Source of the DNA: an uncultured Rikenellaceae bacterium | GTDB lineage: Bacteria; Bacteroidota; Bacteroidia; Bacteroidales; VadinHA17 | NCBI GenBank assembly: GCA_964633505.1 | Contig: CAZWHC010000001.1 | Span: 596,015-660,014, forward strand | DNA: 64,000 bases | Direction of reading: 5' to 3' | Notes under the pieces: model-generated | What the model was told of the DNA's origin: nothing | The model's database searches: none | The model's input: only the letters and a program-made list of their open reading frames with translations | In this document: positions 44,701 through 53,566 of the stretch, one piece after another | Layout of the letters: each line of letters opens with the position of its first letter | Numbering within the stretch: position 1 is the stretch's first letter | Made by a program: the position numbers and the translations under genes

Positions 44701-46326
44701 TTAATTAACAACCTCTGCTTTTATACTTCTTTCCTCTTTTTCCTTAAAAATCTCCTTGAAATACCTTAGATCATCAATCTCATATTGAGCCGGGAGTTTG
44801 TAACCGTTAATGAAAAAAGTCGGTGTGCCCATTACATTACACTCCTTAAAAAGTCTTCCGTTTTCTTTATTAATTTCAGCTGAAATATCATCAACTTCAG
44901 GAATACAAAGGCCTTCTGTGATCTTTGTCCTGGAATAGGGATCCGCGTTAAACCATTGCTCCAGCAGTTTTATTGATTCCAATTCTCTACCTTGCCTGTT
45001 ATTGTTAAAAAGTGTAGCGAGCATTTTGTTGTCGGATGTTACAAGAAGAAGATTTACAAGTATATCTTCATTTTCATTGAGCATGCTAAGGATTTTCTCA
45101 AAAGCCCTTGCACAATGTGAACAGTGCAGACTGAGAAATGCTGTTATCCTGATCGAAGCATCCCTGTTACCGAAAATCAGACTGCTCTCCGATAATGGAA
45201 TTTCATAGTGAGGCTGATTCATCAGAAGCATCCTGAGAATGTCAGGATTCTTCTTAAACCCGAGATATTTATAATAATGCATTTCACCCGACATTTGCTC
45301 CCTCCGGAATAATATATACAGGGTATATATTATTGTTATTACAAGCAAAGTAAGTACAAGCCTTGTAACAGAATCAAAAGCAAAGGTCAGCTGTGATAAC
45401 TGAGGTAACAATAAAATGAATTCTATAATCAGGATAAGTTGAACACCAAGACACATTGGACACCACTTATTCAGAACAACTCCCTGGTAATAAATTGAGA
45501 AGAGGGGATAGGGTACTGAAAGGGAGGCAAGTATTGCCATCAAAGAAAGACCTTCTCTCCCAGGGGATTGTAAAATAAATAATAAACCTACTGTAAAATA
45601 TATAAATCCGACGTCGGCCCATCCGAACCACCCGAATACCTTTGATGCTTTATCATGAAGAACTGTATTGCAGTTTGTTGCCTTGTTCAGATGACAAAGC
45701 TTGTCAGTAATGGAAAGATGAACTTCAAATTCGTGCAGGATCAGCAGAACAGAAAGTACAATGCCGGCAATTTTTGTAAAAACCAGCGGCAGGATTACCT
45801 TATTGTAAATAATCCCGCCTACGGCAAAATTATTGTAATACAGAGAAATGATAAAAATCAAAACAGCAATTAAAGCCAGAGGCATTACTGATTTATTTAT
45901 CAGTTCATTCTTTATTTTGGTCTGATAATCCTTTTCTCCTGATCGCTGATCCGGGTTAAGCAGTATTACTGCGCCGGAACAGCTCTCAAGAAACTCTTTC
46001 CTGACGGTTTTTCTTTTTTCATTGTATGATGTAAAATATGTAAACTGCTCCTTCCCCGTCTCGGTTACAAATCCTATCATGCCGCCGCCTCTGCTGAAAT
46101 GGACGATATACGGCGCTTGAAGATCCTCCAGTTCTTTTAATTCATACCTGAGAGGATAGTTTTCAATTTTCCATTCATTGAGGGTATCGCAGATACTTTT
46201 AAAAGACGGGTAATCAGGATGTGATTTAAGCGCTTCCTTTACGGTACCTTTTACGACATGTAATCCATAATGTTTTACGGCACGTTGAATGATGCCGACA
46301 GTATTATCTTCCCTGGCCCGTTTCAT
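44701..46326 (-). CDS. C39-like domain / vitamin K epoxide reductase (VKOR) / thioredoxin-fold fusion protein
   Basis: 541 aa. The N-terminal ~130 aa are C39-like but lack the catalytic Cys. The TM core has loop Cys 'KLCHLNKATNC' and the membrane CxxC 'WCPMC'. The C-terminal Trx/DsbA-like domain has CxxC 'HCSHC'. Confidence 0.75.
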   Translation of the reverse strand: MKRAREDNTVGIIQRAVKHYGLHVVKGTVKEALKSHPDYPSFKSICDTLNEWKIENYPLRYELKELEDLQAPYIVHFSRGGGMIGFVTETGKEQFTYFTSYNEKRKTVRKEFLESCSGAVILLNPDQRSGEKDYQTKIKNELINKSVMPLALIAVLIFIISLYYNNFAVGGIIYNKVILPLVFTKIAGIVLSVLLILHEFEVHLSITDKLCHLNKATNCNTVLHDKASKVFGWFGWADVGFIYFTVGLLFILQSPGREGLSLMAILASLSVPYPLFSIYYQGVVLNKWCPMCLGVQLILIIEFILLLPQLSQLTFAFDSVTRLVLTLLVITIIYTLYILFRREQMSGEMHYYKYLGFKKNPDILRMLLMNQPHYEIPLSESSLIFGNRDASIRITAFLSLHCSHCARAFEKILSMLNENEDILVNLLLVTSDNKMLATLFNNNRQGRELESIKLLEQWFNADPYSRTKITEGLCIPEVDDISAEINKENGRLFKECNVMGTPTFFINGYKLPAQYEIDDLRYFKEIFKEKEERSIKAEVVN

Positions 46327-47605
46327 ATTCTTCTACTGGTTTTTTGTGTTTTATTAAAGAATAAAAAAGCTTATGCATTGCTTCTGCCATCCCTGCTGCA
46401 GTGAACCTTCTCTCATAAGATCTGTATGATTTCGCGGCAAGCCTGGTCCTTCTTTCCTTGTCCGAAGCCAAGGCAAGAATCGAATCTGTCATCTCTTCAA
46501 TACTGAAGGTAATATCTCCTTCACTGCTGATATGAGGATTAATGAAAATACACTCCTCGTCTGAAAGTAATTCATCCAGGCCGGTTATCCTTGTCATGAT
46601 AAGCGGTATCTTGTTAGCCATCATTTCAAGTACAGAATACGGACAATGGTCATAAATTGAAGGTGATATCCCGATGTCAGGTATCTTGTAGAATTCTGTT
46701 ACTGTTTCCCTGGGTAAAAATCCTGTATATGTTACCTTCCCAAAACAGGTTTGTATCTTTTTCTGGCAATCCTGAATGCTGCCCTGCCCAAGAATAACAA
46801 GTCTGAGGCTGTTATTTTTTCTGCTGGCTCGTTCGAAAGCTTCCATAAGGTAATTAATTCCTTTACATGGATCGATCCTGCCGGAAAAAAGCAGAACTAT
46901 CTCATCTTCCCCAAATCCAAACTTCCTTTTTATTTCCGCTTTTTCCTCTTCTGTAACCTGGTTATTATTTATATGATTAAGACCGTTTTTAATTACAGTT
47001 ATTTTTTCAGGGCTGATGCCATACTCATTGACCAGGAAATCTTTCATATACCGGGTTACGGATACTATATGGTCGGATTGCCTGTACATTTCCCTTTCCC
47101 TCGATAACGTAAACTCGATATTGTCAGCCGGTTTATCAAGGTTCAGGCCGGTAATTTTCATTATCTTTCCTTCGAAGATCTGTTGGAACTGGGCAAAATG
47201 GACAACACTCAGTACTGGAAAACCAATACACTCTTTAATTTTCAATATAATCGGAAGATCATCAATGTAATTGAATTGAAAAATGACCTGTTCATCCAGG
47301 GGAATTATTTTAAATAAAAGCTTACTGACAGCAGATGCATATTTATTTTCAAATGCGCTGTTTTGTTTAATAGGGATTAACGGCTGGGGTATTTTGATTT
47401 CCACACACCTGTCTGTTGTTTTAAGTATTGAAATCTCTTTGACATCTGAAGATTTATATGAAACAAGTACTATTTTTATATTTGGGTAACTTAACAGAGC
47501 CTCTGTCAGCTCATGCAAGTATGTTCCGATGCCATATTGCATTCCGCGAGCATTTGATCGGAAGATAAAGAGGGTAATGCTGTTTAAACATTCATCAGCC
47601 TTCAT
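46304..47605 (-). CDS. GT4-type (GT-B, Glycos_transf_1) glycosyltransferase
   Basis: 433 aa. 'VLLFSGRIDPCKGINYLMEAF' and 'GISPSIYDHCPYSVLEMMANKIPLI' match the GT1/GT4 C-terminal domain. It overlaps both neighbouring genes. Confidence 0.75.
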   Translation of the reverse strand: MKADECLNSITLFIFRSNARGMQYGIGTYLHELTEALLSYPNIKIVLVSYKSSDVKEISILKTTDRCVEIKIPQPLIPIKQNSAFENKYASAVSKLLFKIIPLDEQVIFQFNYIDDLPIILKIKECIGFPVLSVVHFAQFQQIFEGKIMKITGLNLDKPADNIEFTLSREREMYRQSDHIVSVTRYMKDFLVNEYGISPEKITVIKNGLNHINNNQVTEEEKAEIKRKFGFGEDEIVLLFSGRIDPCKGINYLMEAFERASRKNNSLRLVILGQGSIQDCQKKIQTCFGKVTYTGFLPRETVTEFYKIPDIGISPSIYDHCPYSVLEMMANKIPLIMTRITGLDELLSDEECIFINPHISSEGDITFSIEEMTDSILALASDKERRTRLAAKSYRSYERRFTAAGMAEAMHKLFYSLIKHKKPVEEYETGQGR

Positions 47606-48398
47606 TTCTGCAAGTTTTAATTAATTCTCTTCTGTTCCCGATTTCCGTTTCTTTGTCTGCATACCAGCTTGTCCTGCCCCTTGGATGCCATAAATGAAAT
47701 AATGGTCCTTTTGCAAAATGAACAGTTTGATGCAAAATCTCCATCCTCTTAACTCTCTCAAAGTCTTCAGGACCCCAGCCCAGAAAGTTCTCATTCTCAC
47801 CGCCGGCCTCAAGGTATTTATTCCGGTCAGCCAGAAAAGCCCCACCCGTGGAACAATATCCGTACATTAAGGGTAAACAGGGAGCAAGCTTTAACAGGAT
47901 CTCTGCGTTTGGAATACTCCTGAAAAGATCGCTCAGGGAATTATCGCAAACATAAACTCTCCCATCATATGGGATGCTCATAATTGCTTCTTCCTTTCGC
48001 AGGACCATGACGGATTCAAGTACCTGATCAGGATGAGCAATGACATCAGTATCCCATACAACAATAAATCTGGTAGATGCTGATTCAATAAGCCTGTTTA
48101 TATATTTTGTCTTATGAAAAAAAACATTATTGTCATCAATAAATTCATAAAGCAAATTCCCGGTTTGAAAATCAGGATTATATTTCTTTGATTCATCTCC
48201 TTCCATTACAATAAAAGTTGTATCGAAATGTCGTAAAATGAAGCTTATTGAGGTTTCTGCGTTTTCTCTTCTTTTTTCGGAATCAATACGCAGTGGCATG
48301 AGGAAGGTGAAGTCGGCCAAATCTGTCCTGCAGGTCATGCCAGTCGTGCAAGTCCAACCCTTTGCAGATTTATCATGTGTATAAAGGAGATCATCCAT
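47595..48398 (-). CDS. GT-A glycosyltransferase (GT2 / galactosyltransferase-C-terminal-like)
   Basis: 267 aa. DxD motif in 'VVWDTDVI'. 'GGAFLADRNKYLEAGGENENFLGWGPEDFERVKRM' is typical of GT2/GT7C-type enzymes. The N-terminal ~20 aa come from word repeats, so the start is uncertain. Confidence 0.65.
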   Translation of the reverse strand: MDDLLYTHDKSAKGWTCTTGMTCRTDLADFTFLMPLRIDSEKRRENAETSISFILRHFDTTFIVMEGDESKKYNPDFQTGNLLYEFIDDNNVFFHKTKYINRLIESASTRFIVVWDTDVIAHPDQVLESVMVLRKEEAIMSIPYDGRVYVCDNSLSDLFRSIPNAEILLKLAPCLPLMYGYCSTGGAFLADRNKYLEAGGENENFLGWGPEDFERVKRMEILHQTVHFAKGPLFHLWHPRGRTSWYADKETEIGNRRELIKTCRNEG

Positions 48399-48409
48399 TA
48401 AGGAACATT

Positions 48410-49510
48410 CTAATAACTCACTTTTGTATCATTGAATAATTCGCACTGAGTCCTTGCTTTGTCTCTGTGCCCTTGTGCCCTGAGTAAACCTAACGCCAGT
48501 CCTGCAAGGCCAGTAAGACCCAAACCTTGCTCGTTTATGTTTTCAAGTCGCTTATTCCAGTTATTTTCATTATCAATAAATGAAAATATTTCTTCGAATT
48601 GAAAAACCGCTCCTGCTCCATCTAATATATAAGGACCATAAACCAACTTCTGCCATGCGTTTTTGATGAAATCTGTAACATCTGTTTCATCCGGCAGCTC
48701 CTTATGAGCTTTTTCACTTTCAATTTTATCAACCTTACTTTTAAGAATATCCTTTACAGTATTATCTTTAACCGATTCTATTGACTTTTCAACAAGCCTG
48801 AGCAAAAGTGTGCGACCGGCAATGTCGTGTGAATCATGTATTTCCTTTTCTATATATACCGGAACTGACCTGAAGATTTTTTCAGTTTTTACCGGGAAAA
48901 TATTGAGTTTTTGGATCTCCAGAAGAAACCATAGAATTGAATTGAAGGAATTGATTGTCAATTCTTCAATATTGAATCTTGTATATGATTTTTGCTCCAG
49001 AAGTCTCTCACATTCATCAGTAAGAAAAATCAAATGATATTTCTTAATCAGTGTATTCAGGTCGTTATCATCAATTTCATGACCCAATATTCTGGCAATA
49101 TGATAAAAACCATAACCAAAAAGGTCATCACCTGTGTTAAGCAGGACAGGGCTATTGATTCTATGTTTATAAATTACATTATCTATTTCTTCAAGCGTTT
49201 CATCAGTGTCAGCCTGAACAAAACCATTCTTAACAAGGTATTCAATTCCCCAGCCTATACCGGTAAGGCCGTTTTCAAAGTTTACAGGTGTCGAAATATT
49301 TATTTCCTCATATATCTCATCAACGAGCTCGCCTGCATAATTTTCATATATCTTATTCTTTGAGAATCGTGAATAATTATAAAAGAAAATTGCAATGCCC
49401 ATTTTGCCGTTCAGAAGCCCCTGATTGTCAAGAAAGCTTGCATTCAGAAGAAGGACGTTTGCAATGCGTTGTAACCGGTCCCCGATCATTTTGTTCAAAG
49501 ATAAATCCAC
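48410..49510 (-). CDS. LanC-like repeat protein lacking Zn-ligand residues
   Basis: 366 aa. LanC-style Gly-rich helical-repeat turns are present ('GLLNGKMGIAIFF', 'GLTGIGWGIEYL', 'GLTGLAGLALGLL'). There are only 2 Cys and no WCxG/CHG motifs. Confidence 0.45.
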   Translation of the reverse strand: MDLSLNKMIGDRLQRIANVLLLNASFLDNQGLLNGKMGIAIFFYNYSRFSKNKIYENYAGELVDEIYEEINISTPVNFENGLTGIGWGIEYLVKNGFVQADTDETLEEIDNVIYKHRINSPVLLNTGDDLFGYGFYHIARILGHEIDDNDLNTLIKKYHLIFLTDECERLLEQKSYTRFNIEELTINSFNSILWFLLEIQKLNIFPVKTEKIFRSVPVYIEKEIHDSHDIAGRTLLLRLVEKSIESVKDNTVKDILKSKVDKIESEKAHKELPDETDVTDFIKNAWQKLVYGPYILDGAGAVFQFEEIFSFIDNENNWNKRLENINEQGLGLTGLAGLALGLLRAQGHRDKARTQCELFNDTKVSY

Positions 49511-49616
49511 GTCAGTCCCGTTAATTTAAAATTCTTTAAAAACCACAGATCAGACATTATTTCAAATAAAGTTCAACAATTGTATTGATATAATTGCAGG
49601 AAAAAGTCAGAAAAAA

Positions 49617-49676
49617 GTTGCCAGAAGTTGCCAGATATTGCCAGAAGCTGCCAGAAGTTGACAGAAGTAGACACCG
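49617..49676. promoter_or_regulatory. six tandem 10-bp units (GTTGCCAGAA-like) between the HTH gene and the biosynthetic operon
   Basis: gttgccagaa/gttgccagat/attgccagaa/gctgccagaa/gttgacagaa/gtagacaccg. The same array recurs at 59890-59949. Confidence 0.5.
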
Positions 49677-49692
49677 TCCTTTTTTTGAACGC

Positions 49693-49923
49693 TTATTTCA
49701 GGTGTTTCGGTATGTCAAATGCTCTATAAATAATTTTAAGATGATAGGGATCGATCAATCCGTTTGGAATATCAAGTCCGGCCTTTTTGATCCATCTGTT
49801 AAGGGTTCGTAAAGAAATTCCATATTCATCAGCTACTACATTTCTGTACTTGGGTTCCAGAATAAGATCATCAATTTTGGGATTATTGTTCATTGCCATA
49901 AAATTTAAAAGACCTTCACCCAA
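49693..49923 (-). CDS. small HTH DNA-binding protein (DUF4248-like?)
   Basis: 76 aa, with a probable start at 'MAMNNN'. The HTH candidate is 'VADEYGISLRTLNRWIKKAG'. It sits at the head of the cluster. Confidence 0.5.
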   Translation of the reverse strand: MGEGLLNFMAMNNNPKIDDLILEPKYRNVVADEYGISLRTLNRWIKKAGLDIPNGLIDPYHLKIIYRAFDIPKHLK

Positions 49924-50059
49924 CCGCTTTTCGGACTCTCACTAATTCCAAGTGTTAAAAATAGTAAAAAAAGTTTACCCCCCCCCAAAAAAAAATGAAA
50001 AATATTCCAAAAGCTGCCGGAACATCAGATAAAAACAAAAGATTAGAACTTAACAAAGG

Positions 50060-50735
50060 GATCACGAAAGGAATTATAAATGCAAAGAGCGGGGAGGGGA
50101 GAGCAGGGGGCAAGAATCCGCTCAGGGCGCAGGGCGCAGACTTTGCAAGACGTAGCTTTAGCGAAGGCTTGGCACAGGGGAAGAGGCGGAGAGAAGAGCA
50201 AAGAGACGTGAGACGTGAGGAGTGAGGTGTCAGGAGTCAGGAATGCTGTGTCAGTTTCGTTTCTCTGCGTGACTCTGCGAAGAAATCTGCGTAACTCTGC
50301 GAGAAATATTTTTTATTTCAGAGTTCCAGGGTTTCAGAGTTCCAGGGTTATGCTGATTTTTAGGACCAGCACCCAATTTTACTACCGTTGCTTTTCTTCG
50401 GAGTCCGAAGCTTTTGCGAAGGATTCGGCGTAGGCTTAGGGTAGGGGGCAAGATATGAGATTTGAGTAGTGAAGTGGAGATGGGGAGATGGGGTGATGGG
50501 AGATCCGTCTTTAATTCGTGCATCCGTGGCGAAAAAAAGATGTGAGTAGTGAGTAGTGAGTAGTGAGGAAAGAAGAATGAGGAGTCAGTTTTCAGGTGTC
50601 AGGAATGAGGTGTGAGGGGTCAGGTGTCATGGAGAAATGTGGGTTAATACAGTACATTGAACATTGAACATTTAACCTTGAACATTTAACCTTGAACCTA
50701 AATAACCAGCACCCAGCAACCAGCACCTGGCACCT
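50060..50735. repeat. mosaic word-repeat region
   Basis: Contains the rc copy of the 22441-22530 block at 50452-50575. The CTGCGTAACTCTGCG, CAGAGTTCCAGGG, GAATCCGAAGC..GAAGGATTC, GTGTCAGG, TGAACATT and CCAGCACC words recur elsewhere. Confidence 0.85.
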
Positions 50736-50739
50736 ATAT

Positions 50740-51564
50740 TTATACAAATGAAAGTGGAATTAAAAATCTGACTCTGACCGGTTTCCCTCGCTGAAGACCG
50801 GGAGACCATTTTGGCGATTCAGAAATTATCCTTACAGCTTCATTATCCAGCAATGGATCCACTCCTTTAACTATAGAAATATCATTTACCGAACCGTCCT
50901 CTTCGATTATGAAAGTAAGGATAACTTTTCCCTTAATTTTTTTATCTATCGCTTCCTGAGGAAAAGTAATCCTCTTTTGGACCCAGTCTCTGAATTTATT
51001 AAGGTCTCCTCCCTTAAAAGTTGGCATCACCTCTACAATAAAAAGTGGCTCCTCGTTTCCGGTCCCATTACCCCCGGGTAGCAGGTAGTTACCCGAACCT
51101 GACCGGAATTCATCAACTACATCGTTCTCTTGTGATGCCAGAGCTTCGTCTGTAGTGATTTGTGTTTGTTCAGCAGGGGTAATTGTATCCACAACCACTG
51201 GCGGAACATATTCAATAGATTCCGCTGTTTTCTCAATCTCAGGCGCCGGAGGGGCTGGAGGAACATAAATTTCCTCAGCAGGAGGCTCAAGATTTTCCAT
51301 TCTCACCTGTACAAACCTGTTTCCGACCGTTAAAATTCTTTCAGATTTAGGTCTTGTCAGGAAGGGGACAACTGTCAGTGAGGTTCCTAATAAAGATGAT
51401 AAAATCACCCCGGCAAGCAGGGCACTATAGTACTTCTTACGCAAATAATAAGCGCCGTAGTCACGATTACGGTGCTCGAATACGATATCATCGAAATCAG
51501 TGATTCTGTAAGAATAATTCCCTGCATTAAGTTTAGAATGTTTGTCTTTTCTTTTTGTTTTCAC
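50740..51564 (-). CDS. TonB-family energy transducer
   Basis: 274 aa with an N-terminal TM, the Pro-rich spacer 'VPPAPPAPE' and the TonB C-terminal domain 'VEVMPTFKGGDLNKFRDWV...GKPVRVRFLIPLSF'. Confidence 0.8.
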   Translation of the reverse strand: MKTKRKDKHSKLNAGNYSYRITDFDDIVFEHRNRDYGAYYLRKKYYSALLAGVILSSLLGTSLTVVPFLTRPKSERILTVGNRFVQVRMENLEPPAEEIYVPPAPPAPEIEKTAESIEYVPPVVVDTITPAEQTQITTDEALASQENDVVDEFRSGSGNYLLPGGNGTGNEEPLFIVEVMPTFKGGDLNKFRDWVQKRITFPQEAIDKKIKGKVILTFIIEEDGSVNDISIVKGVDPLLDNEAVRIISESPKWSPGLQRGKPVRVRFLIPLSFV

Positions 51565-51779
51565 ATTTCATTTTTTCATTTTTCAAAAGATTCAGATGTC
51601 CAACTGTATCAACTAAAGATAATCTGTCAGGGATGTTACATAAAAGAAAGAACAGGTAGCTTTTTATTTTATATTACAAGAAATGAAGCAAAAAACAAAT
51701 TTCAACAAGAAAAACATCAATTAAAACACTAAGTTAATAACTGTAAGGTAGACATGTATAAACTTCTGCAAAATTTAAA

Positions 51780-52240
51780 ATAATACCAAGGGAGGAAGTT
51801 TTGAACTCCCCCCTTTCTGTCAGGAAAAGGTCCGGACCACTGGCCCAGGGCGAGGGGCGGAGGTCAGGCTTCGTAAGCCGTAGCCTTCTTCGGAATCCGA
51901 AGCATTTGCGAAGGATTCGGCGAAGGCTTGGGGCGGGAAGCAGAGAGGAGTGCAAAGATACGGGAGATATGAGATATGAGATTTGAGTAGTGAGTAGTGA
52001 GGAAAGAAGAATGAGGAGTCAGGTGTCAGGTGTCAGGAATGTGGATTTTTGATTTCTCTGCGTAACTCTGCGATCCCGAAGCATCGGGACTGCGAAAGTC
52101 TGCGAGATAGGTTTTTGTGTTTCAACGGTACAATGTTTCAGGGTTTTACTGTTTTTAGGACAAGCACCCAGTTTTGCTACAGTATTTCTTCGGAAACTGA
52201 AGCTTTAATGATGGGATTCAGTGAGGATTAGCCCCGGCTT
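51780..52240. repeat. mosaic word-repeat region, including a degenerate leader-element copy and a ~190-bp diverged copy of 50255-50445
   Basis: 51808-51860 resembles hairpin 1 plus GGTCCGG of the leader element. 52045-52235 parallels 50255-50445 block by block. Confidence 0.75.
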
Positions 52241-52301
52241 TTGTTACCTCGATCTATGTTAAGGTCTAATTATCAAATATGGAGTAAATTACATTTACAA
52301 G

Positions 52302-53510
52302 TTATTGATTAACAATCATCAAGACAGGATTTGAAGTCTCAGTTATTGAATTCTTTAGTGCCGTCAGTTTTTCAACAGTGGTTTTGTCCAGATTGTTAAA
52401 GAATTCCGGATCTATACTTTTCAGGATTTCATACATCTTATATGCTTCTATATATCCGACCAGGACTCTGTCGTTAAAAACTGACCGTGGCCAGAACTCT
52501 GCAAGTCCAAAATAGTCATCAATAAATCCATTGCTTTTTAACCTCATTAATTCTCTTGAACGTTTGTTATAGATCCAAAGAATCTTTTTAGGTGAAATCC
52601 CTGAGATAGTGGTTAAATACAGATAACTTTGGTCTTCCAGAATGTTATAAATCCATAGCTTTTCTTCGTATTTGGAATAATCCTCCTTAGATTTTATCTG
52701 GATATCGATATCCATTTTTAAATTACCAAAGTTAAAAATGCAATAAGGTCTTTTTACTAGATTACTTAAATAATACATTGTGTCAATTCCATATTCCATA
52801 AAATGAAAATCACCTTTATAAACATACAGTGGGGTAACAGGATTTCCAAATCTGCCAAGTTTGTACTCCAGGTCAGGTGAATAGACTATCCTGAGGATAA
52901 TATTCCCTTCAAAATCAGACAAAAGCCAACTATAAGATTTAATGCCCTTTTGGTTCCCCAGATTTATTATATGGAACATAAAACGATTTAATGAATCAGA
53001 CTCGAACTGAACTGATTGAGCCTTAAATTTGAAGGATTTAATATAATTACCCCTGAAATTAAAAACCAGCATTTCATCTGAATTTGCTGAATAGATATAT
53101 ACAAATTCATTCCGGTCATTAATTGAGAAATCAGCTACGCTGATATATTCCTCGGGACCTCTTCCACTTTTTCCAATCTGTCTGATAAATTTACCTCGCC
53201 TGTCAAACTGCAGAAGCTTCCTGACATCACTAACAAAAATAAACGAATCTGAAAGTTCAACCTTAACCACCTCGTCGAGATAAGATTCATTAGTTGTTTC
53301 TAATGGAATATACTCAATCTTTTTAGTGATGGTGCTCACTGGAGGATTAACGACATTGTTTACAGATCTGGAAATATCGACCAAATATGGTGTAAAATCC
53401 GGATTTCTCCCATCCTCGGATTTTACTTTCTTTTTAAAGAATATAAGGAGACAAAAAAGAATTACAACTGTGATAAAAGAGATGAATATGAGTGATTTCC
53501 TTTTATCCAT
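52302..53510 (-). CDS. membrane-anchored 6-bladed beta-propeller family protein (paralog 6)
   Basis: N-terminal TM. Motifs 'IEYIPLET' and 'GRGPEEY' with tail 'ETSNPVLMIVNQ'. Confidence 0.7.
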   Translation of the reverse strand: MDKRKSLIFISFITVVILFCLLIFFKKKVKSEDGRNPDFTPYLVDISRSVNNVVNPPVSTITKKIEYIPLETTNESYLDEVVKVELSDSFIFVSDVRKLLQFDRRGKFIRQIGKSGRGPEEYISVADFSINDRNEFVYIYSANSDEMLVFNFRGNYIKSFKFKAQSVQFESDSLNRFMFHIINLGNQKGIKSYSWLLSDFEGNIILRIVYSPDLEYKLGRFGNPVTPLYVYKGDFHFMEYGIDTMYYLSNLVKRPYCIFNFGNLKMDIDIQIKSKEDYSKYEEKLWIYNILEDQSYLYLTTISGISPKKILWIYNKRSRELMRLKSNGFIDDYFGLAEFWPRSVFNDRVLVGYIEAYKMYEILKSIDPEFFNNLDKTTVEKLTALKNSITETSNPVLMIVNQ

Positions 53511-53566
53511 TATATTATAGCTTTGAATTTGTCAAGACATTCTATTTTTCCGAAGTATCAAACATC

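Noticed and set aside
48410-49510. Calling the cluster a lanthipeptide (class I) system on the basis of the LanC-like gene
   Set aside because: There is no dehydratase gene, and the LanC-like protein lacks the Cys/Cys/His Zn site. Disulfide (VKOR-Trx) and glycosyl chemistry fit the gene content better.
49995-50225. 76-aa plus-strand ORF starting at the C9A9 tract ('...GEGRAGGKNPLRAQGADFARRSF...')
   Set aside because: After the first ~30 codons it is translation of GC-rich word repeats. It has no recognisable fold or motif.
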